In this document: positions 25,315 to 34,275 of the stretch, one piece after another
How positions within the stretch are numbered: position 1 is the first letter of the stretch
Layout: every line of letters starts with the position of its first letter
Translations under genes and position numbers: made by a program
Notes under the pieces: generated by a model
Told to the model about the DNA's origin: nothing
Seen by the model: only the letters and a program-made list of their open reading frames with translations
Databases searched by the model: none
NCBI GenBank assembly: GCA_037128135.1
Contig: JBAXXD010000008.1
Span: 1,482-65,481 of the forward strand
Direction of reading: 5' to 3'
DNA: 64,000 nucleotides
DNA from: Verrucomicrobiia bacterium
GTDB taxonomy: Bacteria > Verrucomicrobiota > Verrucomicrobiia > Chthoniobacterales > Terrimicrobiaceae

Positions 25315-26657
25315 ATGATCTCCTTCAGGCGGCCGCCGGATTTTATGTTTCCTTTCATCTCGGGGATCAGGCGCACCGCATCATCGCCGACGTGCGGGAA
25401 TGTGCCGTCGGGGTTGATCCCGAGCAACTCATACATGCTGCCGAGGAGATCCCAGGGATAGACCGGGCGTCCGGCGACCTCCTCGCCGGTGGCGTTCGAC
25501 GCGCCGACAACGTGTCCGCCCCGGAACCCCCCGCCGGCGACCAGGACGGAAAAGACCTTGCCGAAGTGGCCGCGGCCGCCATTCCAGGGAGCTTCCCACT
25601 GCACCCGCGGGGTGCGGCCGAATTCGCCCCCGCACCAGACGATCGTGCTGTCGAGCAGGCCGCGATCCGCGAGATCCTGAAGCAGCGTGGCGAGCCCCTG
25701 GTCAAGCTCGGGAAGTTTTTTGTTCATCGCCTGGAAGTGCTCCTTGTGGGTGTCCCACCCCTTGAAGTTGATGGTGACAAATTTGGCGCCGCGCTCGACG
25801 AGCCGCCGCGCCGCGAGGCACGACTGGCCGAACGTATTGCGTCCATATTTATTGCGGAGCTCGTCGGGCTCTTTCGAGAGATTGAAAACCTCGGCGCCGT
25901 CGCCCAAGATCATGTCGTAGGCCGCGTCGCCGCATTGGCGGAACTCCGCGAACCGCTCGTCGTTGGCGAATTGTTTCCCGAGCGTGTCCAGCCGGCCGAG
26001 CAGTTCGCGCCGGGTCTTCTGGCTCTCGGGGGTAATCCCCTCGGCAACGATCCCCTCGACTGCCCACGGGGTCTTGGCCGGATCCCCTCCCGTGGCAAAC
26101 GGCTTGTAGCGCGGCCCCAAAAATCCGGCCTCGGAAAACCTTCCCTGTGTCCCGGTGAGAACGATGTAGGGCGGGATCAGACCTTTGTATCCGGCGTCAA
26201 ATCCTTTGAAGAGCGACACCACCGCGCCGATCGATGGATAGACCAGCCGCTCCCCCTCGGGATGCCCGGTCTGCATCATGTAGGCGGCGGTCTCGTGGCT
26301 GCTGTTTCCGTGGGTCATGCCCCGGATGAGAGAAAACTTGTCGGCCTGCTGCGCGAGATTCGGGAGGAGCTTGCTCAGCTGGATCCCATCCACATTGGTC
26401 GCGATCGCCTCGGTGAGCGGACCGGCATACTCGCGCCCCGCGTCGGGCTTCGGATCGAAGGTGTCGAGGTGGCAGGATCCGCCCCAGAGCCAGATCTGGA
26501 TCACCGCGTTGGCGCGCGGCGCCGCGCCGGCCGCTTCGGGCGCGGCGGCAAACCCCGACAACTGCCCGAGCACCACGGCGGCTGCGACAAGCAGGTCGCG
26601 GAGGAAAAGCGCGGAACGAAAAACTTCCGGGGAATGCCGAAAAAAAACGGGTTTCAT
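25311..26657 (-). CDS. DUF1501 domain-containing protein (sulfatase/phosphatase-like fold)
   Basis: 448-aa ORF with an N-terminal signal. Characteristic IQIWLWGGSCHLDTFDPKPDAG and WCGGEFGRTPR motifs are present. Confidence 0.9.
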   Translation of the reverse strand: MKPVFFRHSPEVFRSALFLRDLLVAAAVVLGQLSGFAAAPEAAGAAPRANAVIQIWLWGGSCHLDTFDPKPDAGREYAGPLTEAIATNVDGIQLSKLLPNLAQQADKFSLIRGMTHGNSSHETAAYMMQTGHPEGERLVYPSIGAVVSLFKGFDAGYKGLIPPYIVLTGTQGRFSEAGFLGPRYKPFATGGDPAKTPWAVEGIVAEGITPESQKTRRELLGRLDTLGKQFANDERFAEFRQCGDAAYDMILGDGAEVFNLSKEPDELRNKYGRNTFGQSCLAARRLVERGAKFVTINFKGWDTHKEHFQAMNKKLPELDQGLATLLQDLADRGLLDSTIVWCGGEFGRTPRVQWEAPWNGGRGHFGKVFSVLVAGGGFRGGHVVGASNATGEEVAGRPVYPWDLLGSMYELLGINPDGTFPHVGDDAVRLIPEMKGNIKSGGRLKEIM

Positions 26658-26661
26658 AGGA

Positions 26662-28257
26662 TCAGTGTCGGTAAAGAAATTCCGGGCTGTTCATGAGCGC
26701 CCAGGCAACATCGAGCATCTTCTGGTTTTTTCCAGTTTTCTCCGACGCTTCAAAGGCGGCGATCGTGGCGAGTTCCTCGGCCGTGGGTTGCCGGGAGAGG
26801 ATCGTCAGGTAGAGAAGTGAGACGGCCTCCTGCGAGCTTTTGGTGCCGCCGATCAGCGCGGCGAGCTTTTTGCTGTTGTTGATTTTGGAAAGAATGCTGC
26901 GCGAATTCAGCAGGCTCAGGCGCTGCGTGGTGGTGATCTTCAGCGTCCGTTCCGCAAGCAATCCGGTGTCGCGCGGCGGGCGTCCGAACAGCTCGAGGAA
27001 CGAGCTTGTGATGCTGCCGTCGGGCACCGTGATCGCCCGGGTTTCGTCCGGAAGAAACGTGAACGGCTCGGGGATCATGCTCATATATTCCTCGTGGGCT
27101 CCGGTGATCCGGTTGATGGCGTCGATGAGGACTTCCGCCTCGAGGCGGCGGACCACATACGGGCCCTCCTCGCTCTTCCCGCCGGGCGGGATCGTCGAAC
27201 GCTGGTAGGTTTCGGAATTCAGAATGATCCGCAGTAGTTGCTTTGTGTCGTAGCGGGCCGACTCGAGCTGCCTGGCCAGCCAGGCGAGGAGCGCGGGATT
27301 CGAGGGGGGATTGTCCGGCCGGCTGTCATCGGGCTCCTGGATGATGCCCTTGCCGAAAATCCAGAACCAGAGCCGGTTGGCGGCATTCTTTGCAAACGGG
27401 GATTTCGGGGAGGTGGTGAGCCACTGGAAAAAAACCTCCCGGGGATCCACATTCGGATCCAGCCTGGCTTCTGTCCCGTCGGGCAGGAGGGCCACTGCCG
27501 GACGATCCCGCTCGTTGCGCGAGCTGTCGAAGAACACGATCTCCTCTTTCCATTCTTTGGTCTTCTTGAATCCGACGCGGGAAAAAAACCGTGCGAGGCC
27601 GGCCCGTTTTTCCGGCGTCCAGTTTGCGGTGCGTTCGCCCAGGAACGTGAGGGCAGCGGCGGCCGCGAGCGCCTCGGGTTCCCGGCTGCCGGCGGCGCGG
27701 AGGAAGTTGACCTCCGGATCCCGGAAATTGCTGCCCTCGGATGTCAGCAGCCGGCGGGCGAACTCCGTGCAGGACATATTCTTCCGGAGGCTTGCGCGGA
27801 TCCATCCGTCGTATGCCTGGGCCGCGTTCGGCCAGAGGTTCACCGGAAATTCGGATTTGACCCGCAGGATGTCCCCCCACTTCATTCCCCAGTAATCCGC
27901 ATACTCGGGGCGCTCGAGCAGGCGGTTGATCAGCTCGCCCCGCTTCCCTTCGCTCTTGTCATCCAGAAACGCGGCGGCCTCCTCTTTGGTCGGCAAGGTT
28001 CCGATGACATCCAGAAAAACACGGCGCAAAAAAACCGCGTCCGAACACGACCTCGCCCGGCGGCCTCCCGCTGCCATCTGTTTTGCAACCAGGATGTCGA
28101 GGGTCGCGGAAACCGGAGAGATGAGCCGCACGACGGGCTCTCGCTCGAAGGGCAGAATCGCGGAATCCGCCGCAGCTCCGCAGGCCGCGATTCCCAAGAA
28201 GAGTCCCGAAGCTAAAAAAAATCGCATGGCCGGGCTGCAATGGGTGTTTCGCCGCAC
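26662..28257 (-). CDS. DUF1549/DUF1553 domain-containing protein (PSCyt2/PSD1 type)
   Basis: 531-aa ORF with a signal peptide. DUF1549-type DAVFLRRVFLDVIGTLPTKEEAAAFLDD and DUF1553-type NPALLAWLARQL...LLRIILNSETYQRS. Its stop lies 4 nt before the DUF1501 start. Confidence 0.9.
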   Translation of the reverse strand: MRRNTHCSPAMRFFLASGLFLGIAACGAAADSAILPFEREPVVRLISPVSATLDILVAKQMAAGGRRARSCSDAVFLRRVFLDVIGTLPTKEEAAAFLDDKSEGKRGELINRLLERPEYADYWGMKWGDILRVKSEFPVNLWPNAAQAYDGWIRASLRKNMSCTEFARRLLTSEGSNFRDPEVNFLRAAGSREPEALAAAAALTFLGERTANWTPEKRAGLARFFSRVGFKKTKEWKEEIVFFDSSRNERDRPAVALLPDGTEARLDPNVDPREVFFQWLTTSPKSPFAKNAANRLWFWIFGKGIIQEPDDSRPDNPPSNPALLAWLARQLESARYDTKQLLRIILNSETYQRSTIPPGGKSEEGPYVVRRLEAEVLIDAINRITGAHEEYMSMIPEPFTFLPDETRAITVPDGSITSSFLELFGRPPRDTGLLAERTLKITTTQRLSLLNSRSILSKINNSKKLAALIGGTKSSQEAVSLLYLTILSRQPTAEELATIAAFEASEKTGKNQKMLDVAWALMNSPEFLYRH

Positions 28258-28349
28258 ATAAAATTCCTACTCCCCATTAAACTCCGCAGGAATGAAAAGT
28301 TGCGAAACTCCGCGACTTTCCTCCGCGTCCGCAGTTGAATCCCCAAGCG

Positions 28350-29459
28350 ATGCAAAGCGCCGTTTTTTCCACCTCCAGCATTTCCCCCGGTCCCGCCACA
28401 CTCAGAACCATCGTGCATCCGGGCTGGATCGAATCGCAGATCACGCTTCAAGAGCCCGCGGACGAGCCGGGGATCCGCAGTGCGCTCGAGCGGCTGCCGG
28501 ACGGCGGGGCGGAGGCGGTGATCGGCGTGGATTTGTTCGGGACGCACGCGCAGATCTCCCGGATGGAATCGTCGGTGCGCCGCGCCGGGATCGCCGCGCC
28601 GGTCACCGCCGTCGTCTCGACCTCGCCCACCGGCGGAGGATTGCAAATGGCCGCCGCCTCCGGCATCGAACGCACGCCGCTTTTTCTCGACGGGGAAATC
28701 GCCGGATACGTTCTCGAAGATGCCGAAGCGCGCCATTGCATTCTGGGCGGCCTCAGGCCCCGGGATGCGCGGGCGTCCCGCGAAGAGCAGACAGAGGACG
28801 TGTTTTCCTCAATCGAAAAAACCCTCGCCCTCGCGGGCATGGGTTTCGAGCACGTCGTCCGAACCTGGTTCTATAATGACAAAATCTTAGACTGGTATGC
28901 TGGCTTCAACGGCGTGCGGACCGGATATTTCACCCGCCACGGCATCCGGCGCATGCCGGCCAGCACGGGTATCGGGGCGCCGAACCCCGCTGGGACAGCC
29001 CTCGTGGCAAAGGCCGTCGCCGTGCGCCCTGCGGACGGCGGGACGCGCATCCGGACCGTCCGCTCCCCGCTGCAGTGCGACGCGTTCGCCTACGGCAGCG
29101 CGTTCTGCCGCGCGCTGGAGGTCGCGGATTCCCGATCCCGCACGCTCTATATTTCCGGCACGGCCAGCATCGAGCCCGGGGGCAAAAGCGCCCGCCAAGG
29201 CGATCCTGCCGGGCAGATCGGGCTGACGATGGATGTCGTGCGCGGGATCCTCGATGAGGCCGGCATGAAAATGGAAGACGTGACGCGCGCCATCGCCTAC
29301 TTCCGCGATCCGGCCCACCTTCCGCTCTGGCAGGATTATTGCCGTCTTCTCCCCCCTCTGCCTCACGTCTCCGTCGGCTGCCACGTCTGCCGCGAGGATC
29401 TCCTCTTCGAGATCGAACTCGACGTTTCCCGCGCCCATCCTGCAGGCCGCACGGAATAA
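28350..29459 (+). CDS. FkbO/Hyg5/XanB2-type chorismatase-like protein (RidA-fold)
   Basis: VRTWFYNDKILDWYAGFNGVRTGYF, MPASTGIG, RTLYISGTASIEPGG...GDPAGQ follow the chorismatase pattern as I remember it. ATG 28350 is preferred over TTG 28335. Confidence 0.65.
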   Translation: MQSAVFSTSSISPGPATLRTIVHPGWIESQITLQEPADEPGIRSALERLPDGGAEAVIGVDLFGTHAQISRMESSVRRAGIAAPVTAVVSTSPTGGGLQMAAASGIERTPLFLDGEIAGYVLEDAEARHCILGGLRPRDARASREEQTEDVFSSIEKTLALAGMGFEHVVRTWFYNDKILDWYAGFNGVRTGYFTRHGIRRMPASTGIGAPNPAGTALVAKAVAVRPADGGTRIRTVRSPLQCDAFAYGSAFCRALEVADSRSRTLYISGTASIEPGGKSARQGDPAGQIGLTMDVVRGILDEAGMKMEDVTRAIAYFRDPAHLPLWQDYCRLLPPLPHVSVGCHVCREDLLFEIELDVSRAHPAGRTE

Positions 29460-29508
29460 GGGGCTTCAAAATTGATTATTTTACAGCCCCTAAGGATGGG
29501 CAAAAATT

Positions 29509-30624
29509 TTAGCACCCCGCATCCACTCCATACCTGCGAAAGAGTTCCCGGATCTCAGGCTCATCCTCTGCCGGAGCGTCGCCGATCATGATGATGCCCT
29601 GGGCGCTGCCCAGATGGTTGGCGATGACTTCCAAGGCCCGCCAGCCGAGAGGATCCTGACCGGTGAAGAACTGGATGAGCTTGCCGGCGTCACGGATTTT
29701 GCGATAGACCTCAGGCCATTCGGACACGCCGGGCTGGCCGGCACCGGGCACCCATTGCACGCCCTTGAGTTCGGGGATTTCCAGCAGGGAATCGAGGTGA
29801 TTCAATTGCGGCACGCCGTCGAGGTGGTAAAACGGGTTGGTCAGCTTTTTGCAGGACGCCACCAGCTCCGGCTTCGTGAACTGCTCGAACATCTCGGTGC
29901 TGATCATGTAGGAAAAATCACATTGAAGCATGTAGGAGGGGGATTCCGAGTAGATCGGAGTCCAGCTCGTGTAGCCCGGATGGGCGGGCTGGATGATGCG
30001 ATCCAGCTCGTTGAAGCATTGCCACCAGGCGTCATGCACCAGCCGGGAGGCCCGCTCGACGGCCTCGGGCACATCAATCAGATCGAGCGCCAAGGCCTCA
30101 CCGGGTCGGAATGATTGAACGACGTCGAGGGCCCCGCCCAGATCGGTCATGGCGAGGTGCACCAAACCCTCGAAGCGCTCCGCGGCTGCGGAGTAAATGT
30201 CGCAAACACGCCGGAACCAGAGATTGTCGGGATCGAAGCGCAACTCAAGATCCGGCAGCTCGATCACGTCCGGCTGGTGGAACCAAACGGTGTCATTTGC
30301 GTTTTGGAGTTCCAGCCCCATGAACGCGGCGAGGACCCCGGCTCCGAAATTCGGCCAGACATGCGGGAAGGCATCACCCAAAAAATGGCGGCACTGCAGA
30401 TCGTAGAGCCAGCGCCCGGCGATTTCGGGGGCACTCACGCTCATGTCATAGAAGCTGGTAAATCCGAGCGATGGCAGCGCGGGCTCGGGGCGTCCGGGAT
30501 CGCGCCCGGGAAGCGTGAGATGGATCAACGGGCGATCCAGCTCCCCGGCCCACCACGCGCGGTAGTTGTCACGGGTCGCCTGCCAGCGATCCGCATGAAA
30601 ATCAAGGTTGATGCTCTTTGTCAT
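29509..30624 (-). CDS. hypothetical protein (possibly URO-D/MtaA-like TIM barrel)
   Basis: The ORF-track start 30933 would overlap the divergent AraC gene. The internal ATG 30624 (MTKSINLDFHADRWQ...) gives 371 aa. Fold guess is based only on PNFGAGVLAAFMG and C-terminal VQWVPGAG segments. Confidence 0.55.
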   Translation of the reverse strand: MTKSINLDFHADRWQATRDNYRAWWAGELDRPLIHLTLPGRDPGRPEPALPSLGFTSFYDMSVSAPEIAGRWLYDLQCRHFLGDAFPHVWPNFGAGVLAAFMGLELQNANDTVWFHQPDVIELPDLELRFDPDNLWFRRVCDIYSAAAERFEGLVHLAMTDLGGALDVVQSFRPGEALALDLIDVPEAVERASRLVHDAWWQCFNELDRIIQPAHPGYTSWTPIYSESPSYMLQCDFSYMISTEMFEQFTKPELVASCKKLTNPFYHLDGVPQLNHLDSLLEIPELKGVQWVPGAGQPGVSEWPEVYRKIRDAGKLIQFFTGQDPLGWRALEVIANHLGSAQGIIMIGDAPAEDEPEIRELFRRYGVDAGC

Positions 30625-30735
30625 AGATAGTTGGAGAAAAGTGGCGGATGCCGCCTCGATCTGCGGGGAATCATAGTCTTTATTTATCTGGTTTCTTCCG
30701 GATTTCCATATTGAAATGTCCGGATAAATAAGATT

Positions 30736-31563
30736 ATGGCGAAAGTGCGATTTCAAACCTTTGATTTCAATTCCGGATTGGCTTCGCCGGCGGCGGCAAT
30801 CGGAGACATCCATCACCACCCCGAGGTGGAGTTGAATTATGTCTTCCGTGGGAAGATCACCTATTTGCACCGGGACGGTTTGCATGTGCTTCCACCGCAT
30901 CAACTGGCCATTTTTTGGGGATCGACTCCGCATAAAATCGTCTCGGCGGAACCCGGCAGTGAGATGGCTTGGATGACTGTCCCCTTAGCCTGGGTCTGGA
31001 CGTGGAATTTGCCCGAGCGATTTACGAAAACACTCATGGAAGGCCGCTGGTGGCTCTCCCCAAAATCCACTGTCGCCGATCGATTTCCCATCCGTGCCTG
31101 GGTTCAGGAAATGAAAGGAGCGACTCCATTGCGGAAGCGTGCCCTCGCCCTGGAATTGGAGGCCTGTTTTCTCTGGATGGCTGAATATTCGAATCTCTAC
31201 TCAGGTCATATTCCCACATCGGCCACCGGCCCGGGAGATCGTCTGGGACACATTGAGAGAATGGCACGCTGCATGGCGGAACGCTTTCGAGAGGATCTGG
31301 ATATTGCTGAGATCGCAGCCGCCGCCAGGCTGCACCCGAATTATGCAATGCCGCTCTTCCGACGTCACTGCGGGGTGACGATTCGTGATTACCTGCTCCA
31401 ACTCCGATTGATCCACGCGCAGCGGCTCTTAATCACCACCGATCTGAAAGTGATTGACGTCGCATTTTCCAGCGGGTTTCGTTCGCTGAGCTCGTTCTAT
31501 GAGGCCTTCTTGAAGGTTGTCAAAGTAACCCCCAAGGCATTCCGCACGCGAATGCAGGCGTAG
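30736..31563 (+). CDS. AraC family transcriptional regulator
   Basis: 275-aa ORF with a cupin-like N-terminus and a C-terminal double HTH (IAAAARLHPNYAMPLFRRHCG...DVAFSSGFRSLSSFYEAF). Confidence 0.85.
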   Translation: MAKVRFQTFDFNSGLASPAAAIGDIHHHPEVELNYVFRGKITYLHRDGLHVLPPHQLAIFWGSTPHKIVSAEPGSEMAWMTVPLAWVWTWNLPERFTKTLMEGRWWLSPKSTVADRFPIRAWVQEMKGATPLRKRALALELEACFLWMAEYSNLYSGHIPTSATGPGDRLGHIERMARCMAERFREDLDIAEIAAAARLHPNYAMPLFRRHCGVTIRDYLLQLRLIHAQRLLITTDLKVIDVAFSSGFRSLSSFYEAFLKVVKVTPKAFRTRMQA

Positions 31564-31621
31564 GATCTAAACGCTTTTGAACCACGGCTGGCTCGGATAA
31601 AGGCATGCAGGATAAATCTGG

Positions 31622-31677
31622 CCGTGCCGGACGCGCCGCCGCCAACACGCCCGACACGGGCGTGCTACAGCCGCACC
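31622..31677. repeat. interspersed module B, copy 1 (inverted relative to 51206-51260)
   Basis: The reverse complement GGTGCGGCTGTAGCACGCCCGTGTCGGGCGTGTTGGCGGCGGCGCGTCCGGCACGG matches 51206-51260 apart from small indels. Contains the hairpin CACGCCCG-TGT-CGGGCGTG. Confidence 0.75.
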
Positions 31678-31719
31678 AGACACGCTTCGCTCCGTTCCGT
31701 ATTCCGCCGGAAGCGGCAA

Positions 31720-32679
31720 TCAGAGCCCGACGGCTTTGCGCACGCGCGCCATAACCACGTCGGCGGTCGCGCGGGCTTTCACGGCGCCTTCGGTCAGCAC
31801 GCGGTCCACGAGGCTCGTGTCCACGAGGATCTCCTCGCGCCGCGCGCGCTGGGGTGCAAAATATTCCCAAATCCCGGCGAAGAGCCGCTTTTTAAGATCT
31901 CCGTAGCCGACTCCGCCGCGGAGAAAATCCGCCTCCATCGCGCGGTAGTCGGCCTCCGTGGCGACGAGTTTGTAAAGCCCGAGGATCGACGATCCCTCGA
32001 CCGGCTTCGGCGCCTCGACCGGCGTCGAGTCGGTCTTGATGCCCATGATTTTTTTCCTGAGGACTTTTTCCGGGGCGAAGATCTCGATCGTGTTCCCGTA
32101 GCTTTTGCTCATCTTCGCGCCGTCGAGTCCGGGGACGATCGCGGAGTCCTCGCGGATGCTCGGCTCGGGGAGCTTGAAGACCTCGCCGTAGGTTTCGTTC
32201 ATCTTGATGGCGATGTCGCGCGTGACCTCGAGGTGCTGCTTCTGGTCGCGTCCGACCGGCACGAGGTCGCTGTCGTAGATGAGAATGTCGGCGGCCATCA
32301 GTACCGGATACGCGAAGAGCCCGTGCGAGGCGGCCATCCCGCGCGTGGTCTTGTCCTTGAACGAATGGCACCGCTCGAGAAGCCCCATCGGCGTCACCGT
32401 GCTCAGGATCCAGGCGAGTTCGGCGACCGACGGCACATCGGACTGGCGGAAGAATACCGCCCGCGCCGGATCGAGCCCGCACGCGAGGAAATCCACCGCC
32501 AGCTCGAGCGAGTTCGCCCGGAGCGCGGCCGCGTTCTGCACCGAGGTCAGGGCGTGCAGGTCGGCGATGAAATAAAACGCCTCCCCCTTTTCCTGGAGCT
32601 CGATCGCCGGCTTCATCATGCCGAAATAGTTTCCCAAGTGGAGAGTGCCCGAGGGCTGGATGCCGGAAAGAATGCGCAT
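31720..32679 (-). CDS. trpS: tryptophan--tRNA ligase
   Basis: The internal ATG 32679 gives 319 aa: MRILSGIQPSGTLHLGNYFG (HIGH-type) and KMSKS are present. Confidence 0.9.
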   Translation of the reverse strand: MRILSGIQPSGTLHLGNYFGMMKPAIELQEKGEAFYFIADLHALTSVQNAAALRANSLELAVDFLACGLDPARAVFFRQSDVPSVAELAWILSTVTPMGLLERCHSFKDKTTRGMAASHGLFAYPVLMAADILIYDSDLVPVGRDQKQHLEVTRDIAIKMNETYGEVFKLPEPSIREDSAIVPGLDGAKMSKSYGNTIEIFAPEKVLRKKIMGIKTDSTPVEAPKPVEGSSILGLYKLVATEADYRAMEADFLRGGVGYGDLKKRLFAGIWEYFAPQRARREEILVDTSLVDRVLTEGAVKARATADVVMARVRKAVGL

Positions 32680-32801
32680 GGGGGCGAAGACTAACAGGGG
32701 ACGGGGGGCGCACGAAAAGAAAATTCCCGGCAGGCTTACGGATCTGCTGCTGCGGCGGAACCTCCTCGACAGGCACGCGGGCGGGCGGATAGATTTCCGG
32801 C

Positions 32802-33668
32802 ATGACCAGCATGACCGGACACGGGCGCGGGGAGTCCCGGACAAAAACATGGGCTGCCGTCGTGGAATGTTTTTCCGTGAACCGCAAGACCGCGGAGATC
32901 GTTTTCCACTGCGATCGCGCGGCCGCGTGGCTGGAGCCCGTGGTGCGCGAGCGGGCGATGTCCCGTGTGGTGCGCGGTCGGGTGCAGGTGAATCTCACGC
33001 TCTCGCATCCGGCGGGCAACTCCGGGGGAATTCTCGACAGCGGGCGGGCGGCGGTTTTTGTGCGCGAGGCGCGGGCGCTCCGGAAAAAGCTCGCGCTTCA
33101 CGGGGAGATCACGCTCTCGGATGTCCTGCGGGCGCCGGGCGTGGTCCGCTCGGCCGAACCCTCCGGCGAGGGAGTGAAAGAGGCGGTCCTGGCCGCGCTC
33201 GACCACGCGCTCGACGGACTCGTCTCCACGCGCCGGCGCGAAGGCGCCACCCTGCAGGCGGTGCTGGACAAAGCGATCCGGCGGCTCGGCGGGATCGCCA
33301 AAAAAATTTCGCCCCTCGCCAAGCGGGTCACGCTTCAGCAGCGCGAGTCGCTTCTTCGGCGCGTGGCGCGGGCCGGAGTCGGGATCGCGGGCGACGACCC
33401 CCGGCTCCTCACCGAGGTCGTGCTTCTCGCGGAGCGCGGCGACATCACCGAGGAGCTCCACCGGGCGGCCAGCCACATCGATCAGTTCCGGGAGAAGCTG
33501 GCTTCCGACGGCCCGGTCGGACGCACGCTGGAATTCCTCGCCCAGGAGCTCGGCCGCGAGTTCAATACCATCGGCGCAAAATCCTCCGATGCCGCGCTCG
33601 CCCGCCTGATCATCGAGGCCAAAGCGGAGCTCGACAGAATCCGCGAACAACTTGCCAACATTGAATAA
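32802..33668 (+). CDS. yicC: YicC/YloC family protein
   Basis: 288-aa ORF. MTSMTGHGRGE N-terminus, DITEELHRAASHIDQF and LEFLAQELGREFNTIGAKS C-terminal motifs. Confidence 0.85.
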   Translation: MTSMTGHGRGESRTKTWAAVVECFSVNRKTAEIVFHCDRAAAWLEPVVRERAMSRVVRGRVQVNLTLSHPAGNSGGILDSGRAAVFVREARALRKKLALHGEITLSDVLRAPGVVRSAEPSGEGVKEAVLAALDHALDGLVSTRRREGATLQAVLDKAIRRLGGIAKKISPLAKRVTLQQRESLLRRVARAGVGIAGDDPRLLTEVVLLAERGDITEELHRAASHIDQFREKLASDGPVGRTLEFLAQELGREFNTIGAKSSDAALARLIIEAKAELDRIREQLANIE

Positions 33669-34275
33669 AATCCAACGAGCGGGAATCCTCTTCGTCCTCT
33701 CCGCCCCGTCCGGAGCCGGGAAGACCACGCTCACGACCGCCCTGCGGCAGAAGCCGGACTTCGTCTATGCCGTCTCCTGCACAACCCGCCCGCCCCGGCC
33801 GGGCGAAACCGAAGGAGAAGATTATTTTTTTCTCGGGCGCGAGGAATTCCTGGCGCGGATCGCGTCGGGCGATTTTCTGGAATTCGCCGAGGTGCACGGG
33901 CAGTTTTACGGCACGCGGAAATCTCCCGTCGTGGACAATCTCGCCCGTGGGGTTGACGTGCTTGTTGACGTGGATACGGCCGGCGCGGCGAGCATCCGGA
34001 GCTGCGGGGATCCGGTCATCGCCGCCGCTCTCGCCGACGTTTTCATCATGCCTCCCGGCCTGGACGAGCTGGCGCGCCGCCTGCGCCGGCGCGGCACGGA
34101 GAGCGAGGACCAGGTCGCCACGCGCCTCCGCAACGCGGCGGCGGAGATGCGGCACTGGCGGAATTACCGCTACACCCTGATCAGCGGCTCGATGGAGGAG
34201 GATATCGAAAAATTCCGCGCCGTCATGCGGGCGGAGCGCTACCTCAGCCGGCGGCTGGAAATTCCCGGATTATGA
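33652..34275 (+). CDS. gmk: guanylate kinase
   Basis: P-loop SAPSGAGKTTL and TTRPPRPGE motif. There is no ATG upstream of the P-loop. The start is either TTG 33652 or TTG 33661. Confidence 0.9.
   Translation: MPTLNKIQRAGILFVLSAPSGAGKTTLTTALRQKPDFVYAVSCTTRPPRPGETEGEDYFFLGREEFLARIASGDFLEFAEVHGQFYGTRKSPVVDNLARGVDVLVDVDTAGAASIRSCGDPVIAAALADVFIMPPGLDELARRLRRRGTESEDQVATRLRNAAAEMRHWRNYRYTLISGSMEEDIEKFRAVMRAERYLSRRLEIPGL

Noticed and set aside
22945-25461. 838-aa plus-strand ORF
   Set aside because: It is antisense to the PPC-repeat and DUF1501 genes, which carry clear signals and motifs. Its translation is Arg/Gly-rich and low-complexity.
29509-30933. Long (474-aa) version of the minus-strand ORF
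   Set aside because: Its first ~100 codons would run through the divergent AraC gene start and promoter region. The internal ATG 30624 removes the overlap.
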